A stretch of DNA of 36,387 nt from Anaerolineae bacterium (GTDB lineage Bacteria > Chloroflexota > Anaerolineae > UBA7937 > B3-Chlor), in assembly GCA_049697655.1 (NCBI GenBank), contig JBAVWD010000080.1, positions 1 through 36,387 of the forward strand, written 5' to 3'. Position numbers and translations under genes: made by a program. Within the stretch, counting starts at the first letter, position 1; each line of letters opens with the position of its first letter. Under the pieces are notes generated by a model. That model had not been told where the DNA came from, did no database searches, and saw only the letters and a list, made by a program, of their open reading frames with translations. Shown one piece after another: positions 27,169-36,353 of this stretch.

Positions 27169-27246
27169 GAGCCGTCACGTCCGCTGCGCATTCTGTCCCA
27201 AGTATACCATCGCGCGGTGCACCCAGCAATGCTGGCTGCGGCAGTG

Positions 27247-27275
27247 TAGCTTTCGTGAGCTCACGGTGTTATAAT
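27247..27275 (+). promoter_or_regulatory. Candidate fabF promoter (TAGCTT - 17 nt - TGtTATAAT) with an embedded perfect 12-bp palindrome
   Basis: Consensus -10 TATAAT at 27270-27275, with extended-10 TG at 27267-27268. -35-like TAGCTT at 27247-27252. The palindrome CGTGAGCTCACG at 27254-27265 fills the spacer. Confidence 0.45.
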
Positions 27276-27306
27276 GCTGAAAGCCTGTCACCGCGGGAGG
27301 CGTTCC

Positions 27307-28575
27307 ATGCTCACGAGACAAGAAACAGACCGCCGCGTGGTGGTCACCGGGTTTGGTGCCGTCACACCACTTGGTAACGATGTGGACACCTACTGGGAAG
27401 GAGTCACTGCCGGGAAGTCAGGCGTCGGCTACATTACTCAGTTTGATGTCCGCGACTGCCCCGCCAAAATCGCGGCTGAAGTGAAAGGCTTCGATCCTCT
27501 GGACTACATGGACGCGCGCGAAGCGAAGCGGAGCTCGCGGTTCATCCAGTTCGCCAGCGCTGCTGCCAGCATGGCGCTGCGTCACGCGGGCCTGGACCTC
27601 TCCAAGGAGGACCCATCCAGGGTCGGCCTCGAGATAGGTAGTGCTGTCGGGGGCATGGGCATCGTCGAGGAGCAGGCAAACATCCTGAGGGAACGTGGAT
27701 CTCGACGCATCCAGCCGACCGTCTTGCCCGCCGTGTTGCTGAGTATGGCCCCCTGCCAGATGGCCATTTCGTTCGGCATCAAAGGTCCTGCTTCTGCACC
27801 GGTGGCCGCTTGCGCCACAGGCGTGATTGCCATCGGAGAGGCGTCGCGACGGATACAGCGCGGCGACGTGGAGGTCATGGTCGCCGGCGCTTCGGAGTCG
27901 GCGGGCTCGCCTCTCGTTATGACATGCCTGGCCCGCCTTGGGGCCCTATCCCTCAACGACAAGGACCCCCAGGGGGCCTGCCGTCCTTTTGATGCCCACC
28001 GGGACGGCTTCGTCATGGGCGAGGGCGGCGCTGTGGTGATCTTGGAGTCCCTCAAACACGCGTTGAAGCGAGGGGCGCGCATTCTCGCGGAGATCATGGG
28101 CTATGGTTTCACGGCCGACGCCTATCACGTCGCGGCCCCCGATCCTGAGGGCAATGGGGCAGCGCGAGCGATGAGCCTGGCCATAGAAGACAGTGGCTTG
28201 TGCCCGGGCGACATTGACCATGTTAGCAGCCACGGCACAGCCACGGTGCTGAATGACGTAGCCGAGACCAAGGCCATCAAGACGGTCCTCGGGGAGAAGG
28301 CCTTTTCCACGCCGATCAACTCCATCAAGTCGATGATCGGCCACCTGCTTGGCGCAGCCGGTACGATCTCAGCCATCACCGCCATAGAGAGCATCGAGAA
28401 AGACATCATCCCCCCCACCATCAACCTCCGCACCCCCGACCCCGAATGTGACCTGGACTACGTTCCTCTCGTCGCCCGTCGTGCCCGTGTGGACACCGTT
28501 CTGGTCAACGCTCTAGGCCTGGGAGGGCAGAACGGCGCCCTCGTGCTCCGAAGATTCGACGAATCGCTTGCCTAG
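27307..28575 (+). CDS. fabF: Beta-ketoacyl-ACP synthase II
   Basis: Start chosen at ATG 27307, with GGGAGG 6 nt upstream (the ORF is open from 27274). It begins RRVVVTGFGAVTPLGN. The active-site Cys is in VAACATGVIAIG, and the His residues are in SSHGTAT and IGHLLGAAG. Confidence 0.93.
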   Translation: MLTRQETDRRVVVTGFGAVTPLGNDVDTYWEGVTAGKSGVGYITQFDVRDCPAKIAAEVKGFDPLDYMDAREAKRSSRFIQFASAAASMALRHAGLDLSKEDPSRVGLEIGSAVGGMGIVEEQANILRERGSRRIQPTVLPAVLLSMAPCQMAISFGIKGPASAPVAACATGVIAIGEASRRIQRGDVEVMVAGASESAGSPLVMTCLARLGALSLNDKDPQGACRPFDAHRDGFVMGEGGAVVILESLKHALKRGARILAEIMGYGFTADAYHVAAPDPEGNGAARAMSLAIEDSGLCPGDIDHVSSHGTATVLNDVAETKAIKTVLGEKAFSTPINSIKSMIGHLLGAAGTISAITAIESIEKDIIPPTINLRTPDPECDLDYVPLVARRARVDTVLVNALGLGGQNGALVLRRFDESLA

Positions 28576-28633
28576 ACGGGCATCCTGTGCTACATTTGCC
28601 TGGTGTAGCCAGAAACGGCTCAACGAGGGCACG

Positions 28634-29311
28634 ATGAGGCGGGCTCTGACGATTACCATCACACTGTCTCTGCTTCTTTTCCTGTCCACGATGATCATAA
28701 CGGCGGCCCCCCTGTCGCAGGAGCGGCTCCACGAGATAACCTCCCCGCGCGCCAACGCTCAGGTTCGCGGCAGTGTGGACATCATCGGTTCCGCTCGTCT
28801 AGGCCAGGAGTTCCAGTTCTACAAGGTCGAATACGCATCCTCGGCCATACCAGACCTGTGGGTAGTGATCGGAGACACCCATGACCAGGAGAAGACGAAC
28901 GAGCGACTCGAGATCTGGCACACCTCGGGGCTACCCGACGGCGCCTACTACCTGCGTCTGGTGGTCGTAAAGCAGGACGGCAACTACGAGCAAACCGATC
29001 CACTGCGCGTCAATGTCGCCAACGCCGAGCCGGCGCCGACCCATACGCCTGAGGAGTCGCCCACGCCTACTCCCACCATCGTGATTCCAACTCCAACCAC
29101 AGCCATCGTGGAGCAGCCGACGGTGGTGCGCACCACCCCCAGCGCATCGGCCGAGCCGGAAGCCTCTCCCACCCTACCCCAGGAGACGGAAAGCACAGTC
29201 TCCATCCCCAGCCTGGATACATTCGTGAGACAGTGCGTGTTTGGGGCGTTTGTCGCCGCAGTGCTGTTCGTCTTCGTGGGCGTGGTCCTCCTGATGCGGC
29301 GTCTTATCTGA
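28634..29311 (+). CDS. Secreted protein: signal peptide, Ig-like beta-sandwich domain, Pro/Thr-rich linker, C-terminal TM anchor
   Basis: Start chosen at ATG 28634 (MRRALTITITLSLLLFLSTMIITAAP signal peptide). The ORF is open from 28568. The domain runs ITSPRANAQVRGSVDIIGSA...FYKVEYAS...LPDGAYYLRLVVVKQDGN. It is followed by the P/T/E-rich stretch PAPTHTPEESPTPTPTIVIPTPTT, then the TM FGAFVAAVLFVFVGVVLL and the basic tail MRRLI. Confidence 0.7.
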   Translation: MRRALTITITLSLLLFLSTMIITAAPLSQERLHEITSPRANAQVRGSVDIIGSARLGQEFQFYKVEYASSAIPDLWVVIGDTHDQEKTNERLEIWHTSGLPDGAYYLRLVVVKQDGNYEQTDPLRVNVANAEPAPTHTPEESPTPTPTIVIPTPTTAIVEQPTVVRTTPSASAEPEASPTLPQETESTVSIPSLDTFVRQCVFGAFVAAVLFVFVGVVLLMRRLI

Positions 29312-29346
29312 TGCACCAGCTCCTATCCTAGTGCCATGGGATCGTT

Positions 29347-29374
29347 CAGGGGCTGCGTCGATCACCAGCCCCTG
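29347..29374 (+). terminator. GC-rich stem-loop downstream of the anchored-protein gene (candidate intrinsic terminator)
   Basis: Perfect 9-bp stem CAGGGGCTG (29347-29355) / CAGCCCCTG (29366-29374) with a 10-nt loop. It lies 36 nt after the stop and is followed by GTGCTTGATG (poor U-tract). Confidence 0.4.
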
Positions 29375-29412
29375 GTGCTTGATGCGACAGCACACACGAC
29401 TGGAAACTCAAG

Positions 29413-30015
29413 ATGCTCAGAAGGCTTCTCCGGAAGCGCGAAAACAGAGTGGTGGAGGGAACCAAGCTCATCGTCGGCCTGGGGAACCCTGGTGCCGAAC
29501 ACAGCAGAAACCGCCACAATGTGGGCTTCTCGGTCCTGGAAAGACTTGCGCACCGCTACAGACTTCCCTTTGACCGCCTCGAATTCCAGGGTCGCCTGGC
29601 TCACGGGACGGTCGGGGGGAGGCCGGTGATTCTGCTCAAGCCCGTCTCCTACATGAATCGGAGCGGCAGCGTCGTTAAACCTGTCCTCTCCCGCTACAAG
29701 GTGAGGCTGGAGGATTTGCTCATCATCCACGATGATCTGGACCTGCCGCTCGGCAGAATCCGGATCAGAGCAGCTGGTGGATCTGCCGGACATCGCGGGA
29801 TGGAGTCCGTCATCGCCTCGCTGGGGACAGATATCATAGCCCGCATCCGCATCGGTATTGGCAGGCCACATGGAGATCATCCGGAGGAATACGTGCTGCA
29901 AGATTTCTCCCTCGAAGAGAGCATCACCATGGAAGCTACGTACGAGCAGGCACTGGCGGCCGTGGTGACTTTCCTCCGAGAGGGCATCGACTCCACCATG
30001 AACAATTACAGCTAG
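29413..30015 (+). CDS. pth: Peptidyl-tRNA hydrolase
   Basis: 200-aa ORF with the hallmark KLIVGLGNPGAEHSRNRHNVGF and DDLDLPLGRIRIR. It has a ~17-aa N-terminal extension relative to the usual MKLIVGLGNPG start, so the true start may be an internal GTG near 29449. Confidence 0.9.
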   Translation: MLRRLLRKRENRVVEGTKLIVGLGNPGAEHSRNRHNVGFSVLERLAHRYRLPFDRLEFQGRLAHGTVGGRPVILLKPVSYMNRSGSVVKPVLSRYKVRLEDLLIIHDDLDLPLGRIRIRAAGGSAGHRGMESVIASLGTDIIARIRIGIGRPHGDHPEEYVLQDFSLEESITMEATYEQALAAVVTFLREGIDSTMNNYS

Positions 30016-30024
30016 GGGCGTGAT

Positions 30025-33000
30025 TTGCGACTGTCTGGACTAGTTCCTCTATCTGAGGATTCGAAAGGGTTCAGCGAACTTGCCAGGGCGATGAGGTCAC
30101 TCGCCGGGGAGGACGCTGGAGGGCTTGTGCTCACCGTCCCAGAAACAGCACGACCATATCTCCTCGCCGGCCTGCGAAGCAACCTCAACCTGCCCATGCT
30201 GATCGTCACCTCTCGTCGAGATAGAGCCCGTCAGATTCACGAACAGCTGAACATGTGGTCGATTTCGGCCGACGGCGTGCTGCTTTTCCCAGAACCGGAT
30301 GTGCTGAGCTTTGAACGGATTCCCTGGGACAGAGGCATCGCTCGGGATCGCCTGGCGACTCTGGCCGCCCTGGCGGCCGCTGCTCCAACCGGGCACGGCG
30401 AGCCATTCGCCGTCATCGCCTCGGTTCGAGCCCTGCTCCAGAAAACCGTCCCCCGGGACCTCTTCGCGGAGAACCTCACGCCCCTGCGAACTGGTCAGAA
30501 ACTGAGCAGAAGGCAACTGCTGGAGAGACTGCGCGGACTCGGCTATCAACGGACTACCGTGGTGCAAGAACCGGGAGACTACAGTGCCCGAGGGGGGATA
30601 GTGGACGTCTTCTCTCCCCAGCGTGAGCAGCCGGTGAGGGTGGACTTCTTCGGCGACGAGATCGAGTCGCTACGCCTCTTCGACCCTGCAACTCAGCGCT
30701 CCACCGGTGCTGTCGGTTCGGAAACCATGGCGCCAGCCCGGGAAGGACTGCTCCTTGACGGCGGCGCACGGCCAGGTATCGAACGACTCGACCTCTCCTC
30801 CTGCCACGGTGAGGCAGCCAGGGAGTTCGAAACCGATCTGGAGGCCATCCGCAACGGGGAACCGTTTGACACGCTGGAGTTCTATCTGCCCCACCTGTAT
30901 GATGAGCCCGGCATGTTGCTGGAGTATCTCCCCCCGGAAGCGCTGCTGGTGCTGGAGGATCCCCTGGGATTGGAGGCCACTGTCACGAACCTGCAGACCC
31001 AGAACACGGGCCTGCGCCACGACCTGGTACAGCAAGGGGAGCTGCCAAGAGGTGTCGAATCGCCTCATTTCACCTGGACCGCCCTGTGGGAAGGCTTCCA
31101 GAGGCGCCCCAGAGTTGAGTTCCGCTATGAGGAAGAATCGGAGTGGGCCATCAACGAGACCTTCGCGGTCGGGACACCCTACGCGGGGCGGTTGCAGGAC
31201 GTGATCGCGGACTCCATAGGGATGACAGACAACAAGTGGCGCGTGGTCATGGTCTCGCGCCAGGCCCCGCGCCTTGCGGAGTTGAGCGAGGAATGGGGCA
31301 TCACGGTGCAGCCGGTCGAAGATGTGACGGAGCCACCTACTGAAGGTAGCCTGACGCTGCTACAGGGAAGCCTCACTTCTGGCTGGCAGATGCAACACAG
31401 CGATGAGCGAAGGACTGTCCTGCTCACCGATGGCGAGATCTTTGGCTGGGTCAAGCCAGAGCCGCGCCGCCCCCACCGACCGAAGCCCCTACCCCCTGAG
31501 GCCTTCTTCTCTGACATACGACCCGGTGACTATGTGGTGCACATGGAACACGGCATAGGCATCTTCCAGGGCATGGTGCATCTGGATGTAGATCAGGCCC
31601 ATCGTGAGTATCTGCAAGTGGACTACGCGGAGGGCGACAGGCTCTACGTTCCCACCTACCAGGGGGATCGCTTGAGCCGCTACGTGGGAGCCCAGGGGCA
31701 ACCGCCTCGTATCGATCGCCTGGGCACTGCCCACTGGGCTCGCGTCAAGGAGAGCGCGAAGCAAGCGGTGGAGGAGATCGCCAGGGACCTCTTGGACCTG
31801 TACACCGTGCGGGAGGTGGTGAGCGGCCACGCTTTCTCCCCAGACACGCCATGGCAAAGGGAGCTGGACGCCTCTTTCCCGTATGTGGAGACCGAAGACC
31901 AGATGCGGGCCATCGAAGAGGTTAAGAGTGACATGGAGAAGCCCAGGCCCATGGACCGGCTGGTCTGTGGCGACGTGGGCTATGGTAAGACGGAAGTTGC
32001 TCTCCGTGCTGCTTTCAAGGCGGTCATGGACAACAAGCAGGTTGGGCTGTTGGTCCCCACCACGGTCCTGGCCCAGCAGCACTACCGCTCATTCAAGGAG
32101 AGACTGGCACCCTTCCCCGTGGTGGTGGAGATGCTCTCCCGATTCAGAACGCGGAGCGAGCAAGAGCGCATCTTGGAGGGCCTCAAGCAGGGAACAATAG
32201 ACATCGTCATTGGTACTCACCGACTCCTTCAGAAGGACGTCAGTTTCAAGGACCTGGGTCTGCTGATCATCGACGAAGAACAGCGATTCGGTGTGGCCCA
32301 CAAAGAGCAGTTGAAACGAATGCGGAAAGAGGTCGACGTGCTGACTCTGACCGCCACACCCATTCCCCGCACCCTGTACCTGTCCCTGTCGGGGGCCAGG
32401 GACATGAACACCATTGACACACCGCCTGAGTACCGCCTGCCCGTGGTCACCAGGGTTGTAGCCTACGACGAAGCGCTGATTCGGCGGGCTATCCTGCGTG
32501 AGATGGACCGCGGTGGGCAGGTCTACTTCGTGCACAACAGGGTGCAGGGCATTCAGCAGACCGCCAGGCGACTGCGCAGACTGGTGCCCGAGGCGGACAT
32601 CGTGGTCGGGCACGGCCAGATGGACGAGGGCAAGCTCGCCGAGGTGATGACCGAGTTCGCCTCAGGTGCACACGACGTCTTGGTGTGCACCTCCATCATC
32701 GAAAGCGGGATAGACATCCCCAATGCCAACACCCTCATCGTCAACCGGGCCGATCGTTTCGGGCTGGCACAGTTGTATCAGCTGCGGGGGAGAGTGGGGA
32801 GAAGCACAGTGAGGGCCTATGCTTACCTACTCCACGAGCCCGACGCACTCCTCAACGAGGACGCACGCAAGCGGCTGGAGACCATCAAGGAGGCAAGCGA
32901 GCTGGGGGCTGGCTTCCGCATCGCCATGAGAGACCTGGAGATCCGGGGCGGTGGCGACGTGCTGGGCACCCGGCAGCACGGCCATATCAGCGCCGTAGGC

Positions 33001-33543
33001 TTCGACCTGTACTGCCGCTTGCTGGCCAGGGCTGTCGAGGACGTGAAAGAGGCAGACCGTCAGACGACCCGTGAGTCTGGCCGATCGCGCCCAAGCCCAT
33101 CCGCCGTCCTGCCAGAGGCCACCGGGCCCACCATCGGGCTGCCTCTCGACGCCCTGCTCCCCGATGACTACGTCCCGGAGGAGGATCTCAGGCTGGGTAT
33201 CTACCGCCGTATGGCTGGCGTGACCACCATCGAAGAGATCGAGCGCATGAGGCGGGAACTGCAGGATCGTTTCGGGACCCTGCCCGAGCAGGCAGAGAAC
33301 CTTCTCTATCTCCTGCGCCTCAAGGTCCTGGCCACGGCGGCGGGTGTCCAAGTGGTCACCACTGAGGGGAGCAGGCCCGTCATCGGCCTGGGAAGTGTGG
33401 GAGAAGTGAAGCGGCGCCGGGAGAAGGACCGCTTGCCCTCCGAGGCAAGAGTGGTGAACGATCGCTTGGTGCTATCTACCTCCCTCGAGCACGAAACCTG
33501 GCGCCTCCAGCTGGAGGAAACCCTAAGGGCCATGGCCAACTGA
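30025..33543 (+). CDS. mfd: Transcription-repair coupling factor Mfd
   Basis: 1172-aa ORF with a TTG start. It has a UvrB-homology N-terminal region, the CarD/TRCF RNAP-interaction domain (GDYVVHMEHGIGIFQG), SF2 helicase motifs (GDVGYGKTEVA, IIDEEQRFG, TATPIPRT), the TRG region (LYQLRGRVGRS) and a C-terminal D7-like domain. Confidence 0.95.
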   Translation: MRLSGLVPLSEDSKGFSELARAMRSLAGEDAGGLVLTVPETARPYLLAGLRSNLNLPMLIVTSRRDRARQIHEQLNMWSISADGVLLFPEPDVLSFERIPWDRGIARDRLATLAALAAAAPTGHGEPFAVIASVRALLQKTVPRDLFAENLTPLRTGQKLSRRQLLERLRGLGYQRTTVVQEPGDYSARGGIVDVFSPQREQPVRVDFFGDEIESLRLFDPATQRSTGAVGSETMAPAREGLLLDGGARPGIERLDLSSCHGEAAREFETDLEAIRNGEPFDTLEFYLPHLYDEPGMLLEYLPPEALLVLEDPLGLEATVTNLQTQNTGLRHDLVQQGELPRGVESPHFTWTALWEGFQRRPRVEFRYEEESEWAINETFAVGTPYAGRLQDVIADSIGMTDNKWRVVMVSRQAPRLAELSEEWGITVQPVEDVTEPPTEGSLTLLQGSLTSGWQMQHSDERRTVLLTDGEIFGWVKPEPRRPHRPKPLPPEAFFSDIRPGDYVVHMEHGIGIFQGMVHLDVDQAHREYLQVDYAEGDRLYVPTYQGDRLSRYVGAQGQPPRIDRLGTAHWARVKESAKQAVEEIARDLLDLYTVREVVSGHAFSPDTPWQRELDASFPYVETEDQMRAIEEVKSDMEKPRPMDRLVCGDVGYGKTEVALRAAFKAVMDNKQVGLLVPTTVLAQQHYRSFKERLAPFPVVVEMLSRFRTRSEQERILEGLKQGTIDIVIGTHRLLQKDVSFKDLGLLIIDEEQRFGVAHKEQLKRMRKEVDVLTLTATPIPRTLYLSLSGARDMNTIDTPPEYRLPVVTRVVAYDEALIRRAILREMDRGGQVYFVHNRVQGIQQTARRLRRLVPEADIVVGHGQMDEGKLAEVMTEFASGAHDVLVCTSIIESGIDIPNANTLIVNRADRFGLAQLYQLRGRVGRSTVRAYAYLLHEPDALLNEDARKRLETIKEASELGAGFRIAMRDLEIRGGGDVLGTRQHGHISAVGFDLYCRLLARAVEDVKEADRQTTRESGRSRPSPSAVLPEATGPTIGLPLDALLPDDYVPEEDLRLGIYRRMAGVTTIEEIERMRRELQDRFGTLPEQAENLLYLLRLKVLATAAGVQVVTTEGSRPVIGLGSVGEVKRRREKDRLPSEARVVNDRLVLSTSLEHETWRLQLEETLRAMAN

Positions 33544-33623
33544 CGCGACCCCGTGAGACCGTCGCGCGTCACGTGCGGGCGAGGGACGCTGGGTTTCCGT
33601 TGTACCCAACGTTCGGTCGTAGC

Positions 33624-33899
33624 CTAGACCGCAGTGTGGCCGGTCCCGTTCGCAGCCCGACGACCCTTCTCCGTCAGTGTCCAGGTATGTTCGGGCCCGC
33701 CGCTCAAGCACGAAGCCTCCAGCGAACAGGCTTTACACTCCTCACGGCAAGGCCCGGCCGCGGGCCTCAAGTATCCCAAGGTTACCAGGTGCTCCACCAT
33801 CTGCCGCACCAGCGCCTGGTCAACCCCCAGCGTGCGTGCCAGGTCGCTGTAGCTCACGGCTCCGCCCTCTGCCAGGACCTCCAATAGCCTCTCCAGCAT
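33624..33899 (-). CDS. FeoC-like winged-helix protein with C-terminal Cys cluster
   Basis: 91-aa ORF with its ATG 18 nt after the feoB stop and GGGGAG upstream. The wHTH region reads LLEVLAEGGAVSYSDLARTLGVDQALVRQMVEHLVTLGYL. It is followed by CREECKACSLEASC (C-x3-C-x2-C-x5-C). Confidence 0.7.
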   Translation of the reverse strand: MLERLLEVLAEGGAVSYSDLARTLGVDQALVRQMVEHLVTLGYLRPAAGPCREECKACSLEASCLSGGPEHTWTLTEKGRRAANGTGHTAV

Positions 33900-33917
33900 C
33901 CTTGTCTCCCCGACCGC

Positions 33918-35924
33918 CTAAGTGACCAGGGCAGCGACCTGGTAGACCAGGATCCCCACCCCGAAAGAGACCACCAGCAGAAACACCAGGTTGAAGAGGG
34001 TCCACCTCCAGGATCTGGTCTCATGGAGAATGGAGACCACGGTGGCCACGCAGGGGATGAACAACATCTGCACCACTAGGAAGCCTAGCGCTGCAGCCGG
34101 TGTCATGACCGCGGGCAGCGTCTGTGCCAGCCCCACCTCACTGCCAGCTCCGTACAGCACGCCGAGAGAGGCGATGGAGTTCTCTTTGGCCACGAAACTG
34201 GTGAGCAGAGCCACCATCATCTTCCAGCTCAGACCCATCAGCGAGCCAAGGGGGGCAAGCAGCCGTCCCACGCCAGCCAGGTAGCTGGTCTCTATCTCCC
34301 CTGTGGGCAGAGCAGACAGCGCCCATAACACTACCGAGACCACCAGAATCACCGTCCCCGCCCTTTTGAAGAAGGCCAGAGAGCGCTGCCAGATGAGAAT
34401 GCCGATGGTACGCCAGTTGGGCAGGTGGTAGAGAGGAAGTTCCATGATGAACGCAGCTCTCTCGCCGCCGAAAGCGACCTTGTTGATCAGCACGCCAGAC
34501 ACCGCCAGCACCAGCAGGCTCAGCCCCACCAGACTCCAGGCGACCAGGGGGGCTGCCGCCCCGAAGAAGATGGGCGTGATGAAGGCCAGGACCATCATCC
34601 TGGCCGTGCACGGCACCAGTGGGACGAGCATGGTGGTGAGCAGACGCCCGCGTTGCGACTCAATCACTCGAGTGCCCAACACCGCCGGCACGTTGCAGCC
34701 GAAACCCAGAAACAGAGGCAAGAAGCTCTTACCGTGCAAGCCCATGAGGTGCATGAAACGGTCCATGACGTATCCTGCACGGGCCATGTAGCCAACGTCC
34801 TCCAGCAGGCCCATCATGGCGAAGAAGATGATCAGGATGGGAATGAAGGTGACCACCGTGCCCGCGCCGCCGATCACTCCGTCTACTACCAGGCTGGACA
34901 GCCAGGCGGGAGCGCCGGCCAGGGCGTTGCCTGCAAACTGTCCGCTACCCTCCACCACATAGGACTCCAGCAAGCCTTGCAGCGGAGCGCCCACCGAGTA
35001 GGTGAGGAGGAACACCAACCCCAGGATGCCGGCCAGCACCAACAACCCCCAGAGGGGATGCGTGGCCCACCGGTCCAGCCTCTCCGTGAGGGTCACCTGT
35101 CCCACGCCGGGCCGCACCAGCGCCGCACGGGTCATGCGTCCCACCCAGTCGTACCGGCCGCTGGCCACCGCCACCACCGCATCCTCGTGTTCCTTAAGGA
35201 TATCGTGGACCCCCTCCCAGACGTCCTCGGGTAGGCGGTCCCGCATCATCCGCAAGATCTCGTCGTCTCCCTCGAGGAGCTTGAGCGAGACCCAGTCGGC
35301 TGGGTAGGGTTGGGGCACATACGTCGCGACCAGATCCTGGAGGTCGTCCAGCACCTTTCGGTGGTCCTCCCTGATCTCTGGCCTCTTGGGTTCGTACGAG
35401 GCCCCGTCCCGGGTCAGCTCGTCGATGGCCTCCACCAGCTCTCGGATCCCCTGGTTCCTGGTGGCTGTCATAGACACCACCGGCACACCCAGCGCCGCCT
35501 CCAGCACCTGGGGCTCGATCTTTAGCCCCTCCTGCTCCGCCACGTCCATCATGTTCATCGCCACGATGACCGGGGTTTGCAGGGACAACAACTCAGCCAC
35601 CAGATAGAGGTTTCGCTCCATGGAGGAGGCGTTGATCACCGCCACCACCACGTCGGGCTTTTCTATGATGATGTGATCGCGGGCGATCACCTCCTCCGCG
35701 GAGTTGGCCGTCAGGCTGTAGGTCCCTGGGAGATCGACTATGTGCACGCTGGCCCCGTTGTGGGAGTAGGTGCCCTCTTTGCGCTCCACCGTCTTGCCCG
35801 GCCAGTTCCCCACGTGCTGGCTGAGGCCGGTCAACAAGTTGAAGACCGTTGATTTGCCCACGTTGGGCTGGCCGGCCAGCGCCACCTTGATCGTTCTCTC
35901 TTCAGTCACTGGTACAACCTTCAC
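33918..35924 (-). CDS. feoB: Ferrous iron transporter FeoB
   Basis: 668-aa ORF. The N-terminal G-domain has G1 GQPNVGKST, a DLPGTYSL switch and NMMD. A polytopic membrane domain follows. Start is GTG 35924, or more likely GTG 35909 (8 nt after GAAGG). Confidence 0.95.
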   Translation of the reverse strand: MKVVPVTEERTIKVALAGQPNVGKSTVFNLLTGLSQHVGNWPGKTVERKEGTYSHNGASVHIVDLPGTYSLTANSAEEVIARDHIIIEKPDVVVAVINASSMERNLYLVAELLSLQTPVIVAMNMMDVAEQEGLKIEPQVLEAALGVPVVSMTATRNQGIRELVEAIDELTRDGASYEPKRPEIREDHRKVLDDLQDLVATYVPQPYPADWVSLKLLEGDDEILRMMRDRLPEDVWEGVHDILKEHEDAVVAVASGRYDWVGRMTRAALVRPGVGQVTLTERLDRWATHPLWGLLVLAGILGLVFLLTYSVGAPLQGLLESYVVEGSGQFAGNALAGAPAWLSSLVVDGVIGGAGTVVTFIPILIIFFAMMGLLEDVGYMARAGYVMDRFMHLMGLHGKSFLPLFLGFGCNVPAVLGTRVIESQRGRLLTTMLVPLVPCTARMMVLAFITPIFFGAAAPLVAWSLVGLSLLVLAVSGVLINKVAFGGERAAFIMELPLYHLPNWRTIGILIWQRSLAFFKRAGTVILVVSVVLWALSALPTGEIETSYLAGVGRLLAPLGSLMGLSWKMMVALLTSFVAKENSIASLGVLYGAGSEVGLAQTLPAVMTPAAALGFLVVQMLFIPCVATVVSILHETRSWRWTLFNLVFLLVVSFGVGILVYQVAALVT

Positions 35925-35951
35925 TCCAGGCAGTGCTCGTTGCTGACCTTC

Positions 35952-36287
35952 TTATCTCCTGACCCGGACCTTCATCGCCTCCCCTCGACCGAGGGCGATG
36001 CGCGTATCCCTCACTTTGACGATCAGGGGTCCCTGTCCCATGTTCTGAAGCATGGTCACCTTGGCACCGGGGGTGAAACCCAGTGCCGACAACCGACTGA
36101 CCAATCCATGTCCCGCCTCGAAACCTTGTAGGGTGGCTTCCTCCCCAGCCTCGAGCTCACTGAGCCGCAACAGGTCCACTCCGGCCTCCGCCCTCCTCTC
36201 GGTGATGTCGCGCTCCTTCACGCCTGTGACCACGACCTCCTGACCACTGTCGCCGCCTGACCAGCTCCCGGTCGTTGATGGTCTCAT
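35952..36287 (-). CDS. feoA: FeoA-family small SH3-like protein
   Basis: The C-terminal ~75 aa (LRLSELEAGEEATLQGFEAGHGLVSRLSALGFTPGAKVTMLQNMGQGPLIVKVRDTRIALGRGEAMKVRV) is a typical FeoA domain. The start is uncertain: ATG 36287 (AAAGGAG only 2 nt upstream) or ATG 36302. The ORF is open to 36377, but that part overlaps the predicted promoter/operator. Confidence 0.8.
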   Translation of the reverse strand: MRPSTTGSWSGGDSGQEVVVTGVKERDITERRAEAGVDLLRLSELEAGEEATLQGFEAGHGLVSRLSALGFTPGAKVTMLQNMGQGPLIVKVRDTRIALGRGEAMKVRVRR

Positions 36288-36353
36288 ATCTCCTTTGTGC
36301 ATTCTCCGCCGTGCTTGCCACATCTCAAGTCCCGCCATCCTTTGCTTATTGCG

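Noticed and set aside
29030-29200. Possible tandem DNA repeat in the Pro/Thr-rich region of the anchored protein
   Set aside because: I could discern no exact or near-exact repeating nucleotide unit. It is compositional low complexity (P/T/E/A codons) rather than a tandem repeat.
33541-33571. Stem-loop right after the mfd stop (TGACGCGAC...GTCGCGCGTCA) as an intrinsic terminator
   Set aside because: The stem is short and bulged, has an 11-nt loop and no U-tract on either strand. It could still act in the convergent mfd/feoC gap, but the support is too weak to list as a feature.
34425-35234. 269-aa plus-strand ORF antisense to feoB (similar shadows at 2848-3612, 14329-15051, 15637-16356 and 10488-11156)
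   Set aside because: All lie opposite genes with strong family signatures and have His/Arg/Gly/Gln-rich, motif-free translations. These are GC-rich antisense shadows.
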